Below the pieces are notes generated by a model. The model worked only from the letters and a program-made list of their open reading frames with translations. It did not search any database and had not been told where the DNA came from. This document shows, in pieces, positions 11,577 through 21,459 of a stretch of DNA of 64,000 nt (the stretch's first letter is position 1; every line of letters begins with the position of its first letter). The translations under genes were made by a program, and so were the position numbers. The stretch lies in the NCBI GenBank assembly GCA_963801605.1, contig CAWDFP010000006.1, positions 32,001-96,000 on the forward strand. The letters run 5' to 3'. Source of the DNA: an uncultured candidate division Zixibacteria bacterium (lineage in GTDB: Bacteria; Zixibacteria; MSB-5A5; UBA10806).

Positions 11577-12741
11577 TTTAGGGATTCCAATCAAATATCG
11601 AAAGCCCTTGATTTGGCTTGCGGCGATAGCGGGATTGATGATAATTCTCAACCTCACCATTATGGCCCCGTTGAGCATCCAATCAACAAATGTTATAAAA
11701 AGGGATTTGGTCGCCCAGGTATACGGCAATGGCACTGTCGAGGCCAAGGTGGTCGTGCCGGTCTCAAGTAAGGTTACCGGCCGAATTGAAATGCTTTTTG
11801 CCGATCAAGGCGATACCGTCAAAAGCGAACAAATCCTGGCACAACTTGAGGCTGAAGATTATCGGCAACAGGTTTTGGAAGCCGACGCCGGTGTTAAGAA
11901 AGCAGAAGCAGTTCTTGTGGTCGGAAATGCTGATAATCAAAAGGCGCAGGCTAATCTGGAATTGGCGGAAAAGAATTATGCTCGGATCAAAGCAATGGGA
12001 GATAAAAACCTTATTTCCCAGCAAGCTGTAGATGAGCAGGCGGCATTATTGGCAGTGGCTCAAAAGGAAGTTGAACGATCCGCTGCCGCTATTGATGTCG
12101 CCGGTAAAGACCAACAGGCATCGTTGGCCAACCTGTCATTTGCCGAAACCCGTAAAAATGACATGATAGTTGCAGCACCTGTTGATGGGATTGTCATCTC
12201 TAGAAACCTGGAAAAAGGTGCTACAGTGGCTCCCGGTCTTCCAATTTTTCGAATCGCCGATCCCTCCTTAGTCTGGGTCACGGCATTTATCGATGAATCT
12301 CAGTGCCGGGACTTGGCGCTAGGACAACCCGCGGCTATATATCTCCGTTCTTCACCGAAAAAGATGTTTAAGGGTCATGTAGCCAGGATTGGACTTGAAA
12401 GCGACAGAGTAACTGAAGAGCTTGAGGTGGATGTTGCCTTTGATCCTCCCTTACCCCCATTTCGAATTGGAGAACAGGCTGAGGCCTATATCACCACGGT
12501 TACGAAAAAAGATGTAACGGCACTGCCTGCGGGGGTGGTGGTATCCAAGGGCAAGCAACGAAATGTTTGGATTATTAAGGACGGTAAACTCAAGACCACA
12601 GACATTGTCGCGGGAATTGAGGATCGGACCGGTTTTGTCGAGGTTGTATCTGGAATAGACGATAAGTCATCTGTTGCTCTCGCTCCTTCCCCGATTATGG
12701 CCACGTTTAAGGATGGCATGCGAGTGAAGGTGAAAAAATGA
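11569..12741 (+). CDS. Efflux membrane fusion protein (MacA/HlyD-like)
   Basis: VSSKVTGRI, coiled coil and APVDGIV motifs. Confidence 0.9.
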   Translation: MINLGIPIKYRKPLIWLAAIAGLMIILNLTIMAPLSIQSTNVIKRDLVAQVYGNGTVEAKVVVPVSSKVTGRIEMLFADQGDTVKSEQILAQLEAEDYRQQVLEADAGVKKAEAVLVVGNADNQKAQANLELAEKNYARIKAMGDKNLISQQAVDEQAALLAVAQKEVERSAAAIDVAGKDQQASLANLSFAETRKNDMIVAAPVDGIVISRNLEKGATVAPGLPIFRIADPSLVWVTAFIDESQCRDLALGQPAAIYLRSSPKKMFKGHVARIGLESDRVTEELEVDVAFDPPLPPFRIGEQAEAYITTVTKKDVTALPAGVVVSKGKQRNVWIIKDGKLKTTDIVAGIEDRTGFVEVVSGIDDKSSVALAPSPIMATFKDGMRVKVKK

Positions 12742-13940
12742 ATTTGGCCATTCGAGATATACTTTATCATAAAGGGCGCTTTATACAGACCAGTTTCGGC
12801 CTCGGACTTCTCATTGCGGTTGTCATGAGTATGGGAGGGATTTATCGCGGCCTTATAGCCGATGCAACCGTTGCCTTAAAATCCACTGGTGCAGACCTCT
12901 GGGTAGTTCAAGAGAACACCGAAGGCCCGTTTGCGGCGGCATCTCGTCTTCCCGAAGATGCCGAATACCGAATTGCGGCGGTCCCTGGAATCGCCCAAGC
13001 CTCGGGATTGTCATTTCAAAATATGCAGATCACCCGATTTGGAAAGCCATTGCGATTTTTCCTGGTTGGCTACAAGCTGGACGGGCTTGGTGGCCCGCCC
13101 CTGATTATTGCCGGACGCAATATTAATCAGAAGCATTACGAAATGGTTGTTGATAAGAGCATGAAGATGCCCCTTGGCGAAACGATCAGGCTCGGATTAA
13201 ATGACTACACCGTAGTGGGAATCACCAAGGGAATGAATTCTGTTTCCGGGGACCCCTATGCTTATGTAAGCCTGGCTGACGCCCAGGACATCCAGTTCAA
13301 AGACGATAACAATGCCATTCGAAACAATAGAGACAGAATTGCAGATAAAATATCCAAAGTCAGCGTTCTTTCGCCAGCCCAGATAGTCCAATTTGTTCCG
13401 CTTGTGACTGAGATTGCCGGATCGACACATATTGTCAATACGGTGGCAGCCAAATTGGCGCCCGGAGCTGATATAAAACACGTGCAAGAGACCATTCATC
13501 GTTGGAATCATTACCGTGCCATCTCAACCGCTGAGCAGGAAAAGATACTCACCGCTGGCATGATTCAAAAATCCAAAATGCAATTATCACTATTTCGGAG
13601 CATCCTTCTGATTATCTCGGCCGTTATCATTACCTTGATAATTTACACCATGACAATGGAAAAAATACGGGTGATCGCTACACTTAAGTTAATCGGTTCG
13701 CCCAATAGAGTGGTCGCCGGCCTCGTACTTCAGCAATCCTTATTGATCGGGCTGATTGCTTATATTATAGGATACGTAATCATCAGCCTTACATACGATA
13801 AATTCCCTCGGCGAGTGGAATTGGTCACTTTCGATCTGGCCGCTCTTTTTGTCATTATCATGGTTATCTGTGTACTTTCAAGCCTGCTCGGGGTTCGAAA
13901 GGCCATGAAAGTTGATTCATCTCATGCTTTGGGAGGATGA
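12738..13940 (+). CDS. ABC transporter permease (FtsX/MacB-like)
   Basis: GADLWV and IATLKLIG motifs; 4-TM layout. Confidence 0.9.
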   Translation: MNLAIRDILYHKGRFIQTSFGLGLLIAVVMSMGGIYRGLIADATVALKSTGADLWVVQENTEGPFAAASRLPEDAEYRIAAVPGIAQASGLSFQNMQITRFGKPLRFFLVGYKLDGLGGPPLIIAGRNINQKHYEMVVDKSMKMPLGETIRLGLNDYTVVGITKGMNSVSGDPYAYVSLADAQDIQFKDDNNAIRNNRDRIADKISKVSVLSPAQIVQFVPLVTEIAGSTHIVNTVAAKLAPGADIKHVQETIHRWNHYRAISTAEQEKILTAGMIQKSKMQLSLFRSILLIISAVIITLIIYTMTMEKIRVIATLKLIGSPNRVVAGLVLQQSLLIGLIAYIIGYVIISLTYDKFPRRVELVTFDLAALFVIIMVICVLSSLLGVRKAMKVDSSHALGG

Positions 13941-14641
13941 GGTCAATGTATGCTATCCAGGTAGAAAACCTTACAAAGAAATACGGTAAAGGGCATACGG
14001 AAGTGACAGCACTCTCGGATGCGACTTTGAGCGTGTCGCCGGGTGAGTTGGCGGCGGTAATCGGCCCATCGGGATCAGGAAAGACGACCATGCTCACAAC
14101 GATAGGATTGATCAATGAACCTTCAAAAGGAAAGGTGATCATCGACGGTATGACGGTGGCTAGCGATGGCTGGATTCCGGGCATTGACATGAAACGAATA
14201 CGCCGGGAAAAACTGGGATTTATTTTCCAAGCCTACAATCTAATACCATTTCTGACTGCTATGGAAAATGTGATGATTTCACTTAGCTTAAACGGCGTTA
14301 AGGGTAAAGAAGCGCGCAATAGAGCGGCTGAGTTGCTTGAAAAACTCTTGCTGGGGCGTGTCAAGAACAGCTACCCATCCGAACTTTCAGGTGGCGAGGC
14401 TCAGCGAGTAGCCATAGCAAGGGCTCTGGCAAACCGGCCAAAGGTAATACTCGCTGACGAACCCACCGCAGCTCTTGATACCGCCAATGGGAAAAACGTA
14501 ATGGATTTGCTAAAGAAGCTGGCTCAGGAAAATAATTCCGCCATTATGGTTGTCACGCACGATTCCAGAATGATCGAGGGGTTTGATAGAATTTATGAGA
14601 TCCACGACGGGCAATTAGTGCAAGAAGGAAATCATTCTTAG
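13937..14641 (+). CDS. ABC transporter ATP-binding protein
   Basis: Walker A GPSGSGKT, LSGGE signature, ILADEPT and VTHD. Confidence 0.96.
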   Translation: MRSMYAIQVENLTKKYGKGHTEVTALSDATLSVSPGELAAVIGPSGSGKTTMLTTIGLINEPSKGKVIIDGMTVASDGWIPGIDMKRIRREKLGFIFQAYNLIPFLTAMENVMISLSLNGVKGKEARNRAAELLEKLLLGRVKNSYPSELSGGEAQRVAIARALANRPKVILADEPTAALDTANGKNVMDLLKKLAQENNSAIMVVTHDSRMIEGFDRIYEIHDGQLVQEGNHS

Positions 14642-14712
14642 AATTATTTCTTTGATCAAGTTTTTTTGAATCGCCAATGGATTTATCACATAACAATGCG
14701 ATGGGAGAAGTG

Positions 14713-14898
14713 ATGAAGATACTGGTAATAATGAACGATCCACCATACGGGACTAAACGATCATATAATGGTCTTAGGCTGACAATATCGATGTCAAAGC
14801 AGGCGGAGTGCGAAGTGAAAGTATTCCTAATGGCCGACGCAGCATCGTGCGGAAAATCATGGCAGAACGCTTGGATGCTACCAGGTTTCAACTTTTGA
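14713..14898 (+). pseudogene. Truncated DsrE/YchN-family gene
   Basis: NDPPYG...LRL...VFLMADAASC matches the N-terminal half of 15364-15714, then degenerates. Confidence 0.7.
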
Positions 14899-14933
14899 AT
14901 ATTTACGGTAAATAAAGCTCTTTCATTTCAAGG

Positions 14934-15287
14934 TTAGTAGGAATGAGTACCTAAAACTATCTGGATATTAAATTTCTTCTCTATAGTAATTTTTAAATCC
15001 TCATACTCAATGGGACATTGAGCCGAATCCATAGCAAGTTTGATGCATGTCCCCAAATAAAGAACCTCCAATGGTCTATTCAAGCCGCCAGTTATTTCTG
15101 TTAAAAGTTTAACTCTGGGGACTACCAGGCCAGGGCAATCGCCGCAGTCCGTCATGGCCACCAGTTCAATCGTTTCATAGCGGGAGAATTCGCCGTTTTT
15201 CTCCTGGATACCCTTGAAGCATTTCGCGCAGGCGATGCACTATTGATCCTTTATTTTCTTGCAGTAAAGAATTGCTGCTTTAGCCAT
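14934..15287 (-). CDS. CGGC-domain protein with in-frame TAG at codon 16
   Basis: Reads MAKAAILYCKKIKDQ*CIACAKCF...CGDCPG...GTC...CP...GTH; AGGAG RBS. Confidence 0.8.
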
Positions 15288-15363
15288 TAATGCTCCTTAG
15301 TTCTGTAGATCGTGCAGTATGCGCTATCTTTTGCGTATTTAGCTTTCATCTATGCCTCGCAGT

Positions 15364-15714
15364 CTAAAATGTAATAACCTTATCTGCCCATATTGTCCAA
15401 TCGGTCAATTCGTCCATATTACTTTTATGTACGCCTTCAAAAAGGTCCTCGGGCTTTAAGCCCCTGGCATCCATACATGAGCCGCAAGCGCTGATGGAGA
15501 TATTTTTAGAGGTTAGCGATTTTAACATTCTTGCAAGATTATAATAGCCAGACGGGGTCTCTTGCCCCGACTTGGCGCAAGAGACAGCGTCGGCCATAAG
15601 GAAGACACGAAGCTCAGTATTGGGCCTATTTGAAAAGGAAATCGCAAGCCTTAGCGCATTGTATGGTTTCTCGCTGCCATATGGCTGGTCGTTGATAATG
15701 ATAGTATACTTCAC
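15364..15714 (-). CDS. DsrE/YchN-family sulfur-relay protein
   Basis: PYGSE, FLMADAV, CGSCMDARG and WADKVITF motifs. Confidence 0.9.
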   Translation of the reverse strand: MKYTIIINDQPYGSEKPYNALRLAISFSNRPNTELRVFLMADAVSCAKSGQETPSGYYNLARMLKSLTSKNISISACGSCMDARGLKPEDLFEGVHKSNMDELTDWTIWADKVITF

Positions 15715-15745
15715 TCTCCTCCGAAAAATTACCTAAAATTCTATG

Positions 15746-16150
15746 CTAATGGGAACAGCACGACGACTCGCCGGATGAATCCAATTGGCCACGAGCATAC
15801 ATGGCGGCGGCTTCCTGTGCAGAAATGTCAGCGCTTATGATTGCTGGTTTGATTCCATTTGCCGCCAAATCAATCACTGCCCTTCTTCCCATACCGCGGC
15901 AAATGATAACCTGGCAGTCACTCAGAGCCCCGATAAACCCATCGTGGCTATGGTGACCCTCTCCATGCTGATGTTGACCTTCTTCATGCTCATGATTATG
16001 TTGACCATGTTGATGATGCCCAAAACTATTGGTTCGGTATTCAAGTTTTCTCACGCCATCGTTTTCTTTTTCAAAAATAATAAACCCCCCGCATCTTCCG
16101 AAATGCGAAGCTATGGAAATTTCATCATCTGAAGCTACTGCTATTTTCAT
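15746..16150 (-). CDS. NifB/NifX-family (FeMo-co binding-like) protein with His-rich insert
   Basis: KIAV...SHFGRC and ICRGMG motifs; HHQHGQHNHEH tract. Confidence 0.88.
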   Translation of the reverse strand: MKIAVASDDEISIASHFGRCGGFIIFEKENDGVRKLEYRTNSFGHHQHGQHNHEHEEGQHQHGEGHHSHDGFIGALSDCQVIICRGMGRRAVIDLAANGIKPAIISADISAQEAAAMYARGQLDSSGESSCCSH

Positions 16151-16650
16151 GTTGTCTCCTTTTTTGATATTGCAGATCTACCCTGACGCCTTCGGCAACC
16201 CATACCACGACTACCGCCGCCAGCATCCTGACATCCTCGATCAGCATCGGATCGGTGCAGATTGGCGCTTCCACATTTCGGACAAGCCTCAGGTCTGCCA
16301 GTTCCAAAAGGCTCTTCCCAATTATGCTCGCAATCGGAACAGACAAAAACCCTCTTGTTTGGCATTTTAAATACACCTCCTTCTATTTTAATCGCCTTGC
16401 CATTTATGAGCGCGTCAGCGACTTTCTTGTGAGCCGATTCGATTATCCGTCCAAATGTTGGACGAGAAATTTTCATTTTGGAGGCAGCCTCCTCCTGATA
16501 TAAACCTTCAAGGTCAGCCAACCGGATGGACTCGAATTCATCAAAAGTCAGGGCCACTTCCTCCAACTCTGATAGAGGAATTGCGCGCGGTTTGAAGTAT
16601 TTAGTGCTGGGAAAACCCTGTATCAATCTGGGGCATTTTGGTCTTGTCAT
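16147..16650 (-). CDS. DUF134 HTH protein with C-terminal Zn ribbon
   Basis: MTRP..R, FKP, RLAD..GL.QEEAA..M.ISRPTF; CxxC...CPxC. Confidence 0.9.
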   Translation of the reverse strand: MTRPKCPRLIQGFPSTKYFKPRAIPLSELEEVALTFDEFESIRLADLEGLYQEEAASKMKISRPTFGRIIESAHKKVADALINGKAIKIEGGVFKMPNKRVFVCSDCEHNWEEPFGTGRPEACPKCGSANLHRSDADRGCQDAGGGSRGMGCRRRQGRSAISKKETT

Positions 16651-16668
16651 GTATTACCTCTGCAATTA

Positions 16669-16688
16669 TTATAAGCATATGCTCATAA
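16669..16688. promoter_or_regulatory. Putative DUF134 autoregulatory operator
   Basis: Near-perfect palindrome TTATAAGCATATGCTCATAA just upstream of the start codon. Confidence 0.6.
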
Positions 16689-16762
16689 CTTATCAAGCGA
16701 AAATTCATTTTAACCTCAATATTTGTCATTTTTAAACAAAGGATTTTACTATTTGCTATTAA

Positions 16763-16894
16763 TTTTCTAACATAAAACGCGTAATACGGGACAATACCGG
16801 AAAAAACGACAAGGCGTAAGTGTTTGCCCTTGTTGTACTATATTGTTTGGTATTGTCCCGGGTTAGGGGGTTACATCCGGCTCATAACCCGAAG
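16763..16894 (+). repeat. Hairpin-forming dispersed repeat, copy 1
   Basis: About 82/100 identity by manual alignment with 32996-33138; arms CGGGACAATACC / GGTATTGTCCCG. Confidence 0.85.
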
Positions 16895-16976
16895 CACACC
16901 TCTTGAGAAAAAAAAGAGTATAGCACTGCGGGGGAAATTTATAAGCTGTGACCAAACGCCACCTAAGTATTTTGAC

Positions 16977-17429
16977 TTAATTTTCTGTAGCAAATATGTG
17001 GCACGTCCTGTAAAGGCTTGATACATAAGGGGCATTACAGGGTTCAAATCCCGGTCTCTTCGCCTGAGTCAATACCCTACAAATAGTTACATAATTTTTA
17101 ATCGGCTTGAAACCATAAACATTCGGATGCCTGGAGCTGAAGAATCTATAATGAACTGAACTTGTGACATTGGCCACAAGACCGATTTGTTTTTCGGTTC
17201 CTGTTGCAGCATCCTTGATCTTAATCTTCTCATGGCATATCAAGCATGTAGATTGATCTTCATAGGCCATGATACCGGCTATCCGGAAACGTTCGATTTG
17301 ATCGAATTGAGCGTTATAGGATTTGTTAAGATCATCAGCTATTAAAGAAAACACTTCCTGGCTTACTAGCTCGACGGGAAAAGAGATATTGCCAGGCCTG
17401 CTGTCCGGCGGCAGAATGAGGTTTATCAT
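16977..17429 (-). CDS. Hypothetical protein, possibly a decayed gene, with one CxxCH motif
   Basis: 150-aa ORF with CLICH; signal-peptide-like start at 17480 is out of frame. Confidence 0.35.
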   Translation of the reverse strand: MINLILPPDSRPGNISFPVELVSQEVFSLIADDLNKSYNAQFDQIERFRIAGIMAYEDQSTCLICHEKIKIKDAATGTEKQIGLVANVTSSVHYRFFSSRHPNVYGFKPIKNYVTICRVLTQAKRPGFEPCNAPYVSSLYRTCHIFATEN

Positions 17430-17524
17430 CCGAGGCTAAAAGGCGATTGCAGCCAAAGCCAATATTCTTCGCATCTTCATAAAATTCTCCGCTTTTTTAT
17501 AATTAGTATTGATTTAGATAATTA

Positions 17525-17562
17525 TTGACATCAATTAGCTATGTGGCTATATTGCCACATAG
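17525..17562 (+). promoter_or_regulatory. Sigma70 promoter with overlapping ArsR operator
   Basis: TTGACA-17-TATATT; palindrome CTATGTGGC-N6-GCCACATAG centred on the -10 box. Confidence 0.8.
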
Positions 17563-17574
17563 GAAGGTGATATT

Positions 17575-17898
17575 ATGACCAAAGATTACGAATTAGCTGA
17601 ACTCAAAGCCGATGTTTTAAAAGCCATGGCCCATCCTACCAGGCTCTATATGCTGGAGATGCTTGCAGGGGGCGAGCGCTGCGTGTGCGAGCTAAATGAA
17701 ATGGTCGATGCCGATCATTCGACTATCTCCAAGCATTTGTCTATTTTAAAGCAATCGGGACTGGTTTCCGATCGCAAGGATGGCCTCAAGGTCTATTACA
17801 AGCTTGAGGTGCCCTGTGTACTCGATTTCGTGAAATGTGTTACCAAAGTTATCGCCAAGAGGACTCAAAAACAGCTGACGGCATTAAGGGAAAGCTAA
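17575..17898 (+). CDS. ArsR/SmtB-family regulator
   Basis: KAMAHPTRL, ERCVCEL and SKHLSILK..GLV motifs. Confidence 0.95.
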   Translation: MTKDYELAELKADVLKAMAHPTRLYMLEMLAGGERCVCELNEMVDADHSTISKHLSILKQSGLVSDRKDGLKVYYKLEVPCVLDFVKCVTKVIAKRTQKQLTALRES

Positions 17899-17902
17899 TC
17901 CT

Positions 17903-18988
17903 ATGGCACAGGAATCGCTTATCGAATCTGAACCTAAAATTAAAAAGGAAAGCGCAGACGAAAGAAAGCCGCAAACACTGGGGCTTATTTCCAAACTCGC
18001 TTTAGGGGCAGTTGTTTGGGTCATCCTGTATTATTATCTGCAGCCTCTGACCGCTTGGCTATCAGTTTCCGTTCTGGGCCTATCACCCGAAAATCGACTG
18101 GGAAGCGCCTTCATTTTCTTTGTCTACGAAGCTCCGAAAGTGTTAATGCTTTTGGCTGGTGTGGTATTTATAGTTGGCGTCGTCCGTTCATTTTTTACCC
18201 CTGAGCGTACCCGCCAGATGCTCGTCGGACGGCGGGAGCTGGCAGGCAATTTCATGGCCTCTGCTTTGGGTATAGTCACCCCCTTTTGCTCCTGCTCGGC
18301 TGTTCCGCTCTTTATCGGCTTTGTAGAAACAGGCGTTCCTCTTGGAGTCACCTTATCGTTTTTGATTGCCGCTCCCATGATAAATGAAGTTGCTTTGGTG
18401 ATGCTACTGGGTATGTTCGGCCTAAAGGTTGCGGCCATTTATGTATCCACCGGCCTGGTTATTGCCATCATATCCGGGTTTGTCATTGGACGGCTACGCC
18501 TTGAACGCTATGTTGAGGAATGGGTGCATACGGTAAAGCTGGGGGATAGCCATTCGGACGAAATCAAATACACATGGCGGGACCGAATTGAAATCGGCAC
18601 TATCGCCACCAAGGAAATCGTCGGCAAGGTCTGGCCTTATGTATTGGGCGGTATAGCCGTTGGCGCTTTCATTCACGGCTACGTACCTGAAAACCTGATG
18701 GCATCATTTATGACTAAAGGCTCCTGGTGGACCGTACCCCTGGCAGTCTTATTGGGCGTTCCAATGTATTCTAATGCCGCCGGAATTATCCCCATCATGC
18801 AGGCATTGTTAGAAAAAGGGGTACCGCTTGGCACCACGCTTGCTTTTATGATGGCGGTCATCGGACTCTCATTGCCCGAGACGATTATTCTTCGGAAAGT
18901 GCTTAAGATTCAGCTTATCCTGATATTTGTTGGAATTGTGGCAGTAGGAATAACAATAGTAGGCTATCTTTTTAATTTAATATTGTAA
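17903..18988 (+). CDS. ArsP/DUF318-family permease
   Basis: TPFCSCSAVP, APMIN and GLSLPE motifs. Confidence 0.92.
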   Translation: MAQESLIESEPKIKKESADERKPQTLGLISKLALGAVVWVILYYYLQPLTAWLSVSVLGLSPENRLGSAFIFFVYEAPKVLMLLAGVVFIVGVVRSFFTPERTRQMLVGRRELAGNFMASALGIVTPFCSCSAVPLFIGFVETGVPLGVTLSFLIAAPMINEVALVMLLGMFGLKVAAIYVSTGLVIAIISGFVIGRLRLERYVEEWVHTVKLGDSHSDEIKYTWRDRIEIGTIATKEIVGKVWPYVLGGIAVGAFIHGYVPENLMASFMTKGSWWTVPLAVLLGVPMYSNAAGIIPIMQALLEKGVPLGTTLAFMMAVIGLSLPETIILRKVLKIQLILIFVGIVAVGITIVGYLFNLIL

Positions 18989-19010
18989 GATACGTGAAAT
19001 AGGAAGATGT

Positions 19011-19505
19011 ATGAAAAATGCGTTTGGCAGTATCTGGTTAATAATTTTATCCTCGTTGTTTATAAACAGTGGATTAGGGCATAGCGCTTTGGCAGGTGGG
19101 GCTGATAACCCTGATAGCACGGCTGCTTTAGATTCAATGAAAATACATTTACAAACTGAGAACCTTCATCGCCTGCAGGCAGATCTGAAATCGGGCAAGC
19201 CGACTCTGGCCTTCTTTTACTACTCTGTAGCCTGCTCCTGCACGGCAGCCAGATGCCAGATTGCGGCAGCGGTCATTGACAGCATCCCAGAGCTTCATGG
19301 TAAAAATGATTCTTTAAATTATGGAGCGCTTGACGCCTACCTGGTGCCCGAAGCGGAAAGCCTTTATAATCTCATGATTATGCCGGCTGTAGTGTATTTC
19401 GATAAAAATGGTAAAGAGGTAAACCGCCTGGAGTGGGGCACCAGCCGAGATGCCATTAAAATGCTCATCGTGCATCCTGATATAAAACAAGTTCCCGTAG
19501 ATTAA
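19011..19505 (+). CDS. Exported thioredoxin-fold protein (CxC...C)
   Basis: Signal peptide; FFYYSVACSC...C and P..VYFDKNGKEV. Confidence 0.65.
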   Translation: MKNAFGSIWLIILSSLFINSGLGHSALAGGADNPDSTAALDSMKIHLQTENLHRLQADLKSGKPTLAFFYYSVACSCTAARCQIAAAVIDSIPELHGKNDSLNYGALDAYLVPEAESLYNLMIMPAVVYFDKNGKEVNRLEWGTSRDAIKMLIVHPDIKQVPVD

Positions 19506-19524
19506 ATTAGAAGGAGATAAAGAT

Positions 19525-19788
19525 ATGAAAATCCAGGTCCTTGGCACGGGCTGTCCAAACTGCAAAAAAACGGCCCAGATTATTAAAGATGCCGCGAAAA
19601 ATCTCGGTCTGACTGAGGGGTCAGACTATTCGTTCGAGAAGGTTGAAACCATGGCCGAAATCATGAAATTCGGGATACTCATGATGCCGGGTATTGTTAT
19701 CGACGGCAAAGTCATTTCATCCGGCAAGGTGCCGTCATTGGCAGAGGCTACAACCATAATCACCAACCGACTGGCGCAGGAGGGATGA
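19525..19788 (+). CDS. Small redox-active disulfide protein (Thioredoxin_3)
   Basis: IQVLGTGCPNC and PGIVIDG motifs. Confidence 0.92.
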   Translation: MKIQVLGTGCPNCKKTAQIIKDAAKNLGLTEGSDYSFEKVETMAEIMKFGILMMPGIVIDGKVISSGKVPSLAEATTIITNRLAQEG

Positions 19789-20207
19789 TGAAAAGGAGTA
19801 TTCTCATTTCTCTAACAACAACTGCAGTCGTAGTATGCTTGGCATCTTTCGGTTATTCGGAGAAAACCGACAAGGCATCAAAAAAATCTTCGCCGGTCGC
19901 TATCAAGGCCCAAAGCGTATCCACAGCCAAACTTCCTCAGATCCTCGATCTCGGCAGCAAAAGCTGCATTCCCTGTAAGGCGATGGCTCCAATACTCGAC
20001 AGCCTGCGTCAGGAATTTAAGGGCAAGGCTGAAGTTTCTTTTATTGATATCAAAGAAGACCGGGCCGCTGCGACCAAGCATAAAATTACCCTGATACCGA
20101 CTCAAATATTCTTTGACTCATCGGGGACCGAAGTGTTTCGTCATATCGGCTTTTTCCCGGCTGACTCTATTACCATCCATTTGAAACAAGCGGGGGCAAA
20201 GCTTTAG
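19785..20207 (+). CDS. Exported thioredoxin
   Basis: DLGSKSCIPC and IPTQIFFD motifs. Confidence 0.9.
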   Translation: MMKRSILISLTTTAVVVCLASFGYSEKTDKASKKSSPVAIKAQSVSTAKLPQILDLGSKSCIPCKAMAPILDSLRQEFKGKAEVSFIDIKEDRAAATKHKITLIPTQIFFDSSGTEVFRHIGFFPADSITIHLKQAGAKL

Positions 20208-20884
20208 TGGATTCCCTGGCGCTCTTTATCCAGAACAATCCGGCTTTCGCCATTGTCGCCGTCTTTGCTGGTGGCCTAGTCTCGGCCGCTTCGCCCTGCG
20301 TCCTGGCAGTAATCCCGCTGGTAATTGGCTATGTCGGTGGCTATTCCCAAGGGGATAAGAAGAAAGCCTTTCGCTATGCTTTGGTATTTGCGTTGGGCCT
20401 TGCAATTACATTTACATTAATGGGAGCCGCTGCCGGTCTTATTGGCTCTTTTCTGGGACTAACCGGCAAATATTTTTTCTGGGCCATTGCAGCAATTGCC
20501 GTTATAATGGGGCTATCGCTAATAGGCCTATTTGAAATCCGGATCCCATTTAAGGACAAACTTAAAGTAAAAACGGGCGGCTTGCTCGGGGCTTTTTTAA
20601 TGGGGCTGCTATTCGGGCTTGCATCCACGCCTTGTGCAACACCTGTATTAGTGGTGCTATTAGCTCTTGTCGCCACCAAAGGGCGAATACTATATGGCAC
20701 ATTTCTGCTATTCGTATATGCTATTGCTCACTGCGCCCTAATAGTATTGGCCGGAACAATAACCGGTTTTGTGGAATCTTTCGCCAAGTCGCGCGGAGCT
20801 ACCAATTTTTCGATCTGGTCTAAACGAATATCGGGAGCAATAATTATCTTGGTTGGCGGTTATATCTTCTATTTATATATATAA
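20207..20884 (+). CDS. ccdA: CcdA/DsbD-type transmembrane thiol-disulfide transporter
   Basis: SPCVL and TPCATP conserved Cys in TM segments. Confidence 0.9.
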   Translation: MDSLALFIQNNPAFAIVAVFAGGLVSAASPCVLAVIPLVIGYVGGYSQGDKKKAFRYALVFALGLAITFTLMGAAAGLIGSFLGLTGKYFFWAIAAIAVIMGLSLIGLFEIRIPFKDKLKVKTGGLLGAFLMGLLFGLASTPCATPVLVVLLALVATKGRILYGTFLLFVYAIAHCALIVLAGTITGFVESFAKSRGATNFSIWSKRISGAIIILVGGYIFYLYI

Positions 20885-21002
20885 TGAATCGCTACATTTT
20901 TCTCAGTAATAGAGGTCTGCTTCTAACAATTATATGGAAGCGATTTAAAAAAGACCGCTGTTTTATTAACGTATTTAATTTTAAAAAATGTTGGATCAGG
21001 TT

Positions 21003-21459
21003 TTATCTGCCGTAGATATCCAATAGCTGAAGCCTGGTGGCGTCGAGGCGTTCTGCCATGATTTCCGTGAATATCTGCATCATTTTAAATCCAAGTCCGT
21101 TATCCTTCTCGCATTTTGTACGAAGGCATTTACCGTCAAGAGCGATGACCCGGGTTTGCTCAGTTGCCTTAGCGTCAAAACGCCATTTATATGGTGGAAT
21201 AAGCCACGACCAGCCAACGACGTCACCCTCGGTGCAAGTTTGAATGCAAATAGACCCTTGCCATGGGGAGAAAACTTCCACAATCACACGACCATGTCGG
21301 ATGACATAGAAAGTGTTAGCCTCCTCACCCTCTTTGAAAATATATTGATCAGAATTAAAGACAACATTGGAGGCGCATCCCACCATGAGTTTGATTTCGG
21401 CATCATTGAAGCTTTTAAAAAATGGATGAGATATTAGCAAAGGTTCAATTGTTTCCATT
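21003..21459 (-). CDS. Cyclic-nucleotide-binding domain protein (no HTH)
   Basis: IFKEGE, GDVVGWSW and RLQLLDIY motifs. Confidence 0.85.

Noticed and set aside
16763..16894. Integron attC site (TCTAAC...GTTAGG flanking the hairpin)
   Set aside because: R''/R' spacing is asymmetric to the stem, copy 2 lacks the GTT, and there is no intI or cassette array
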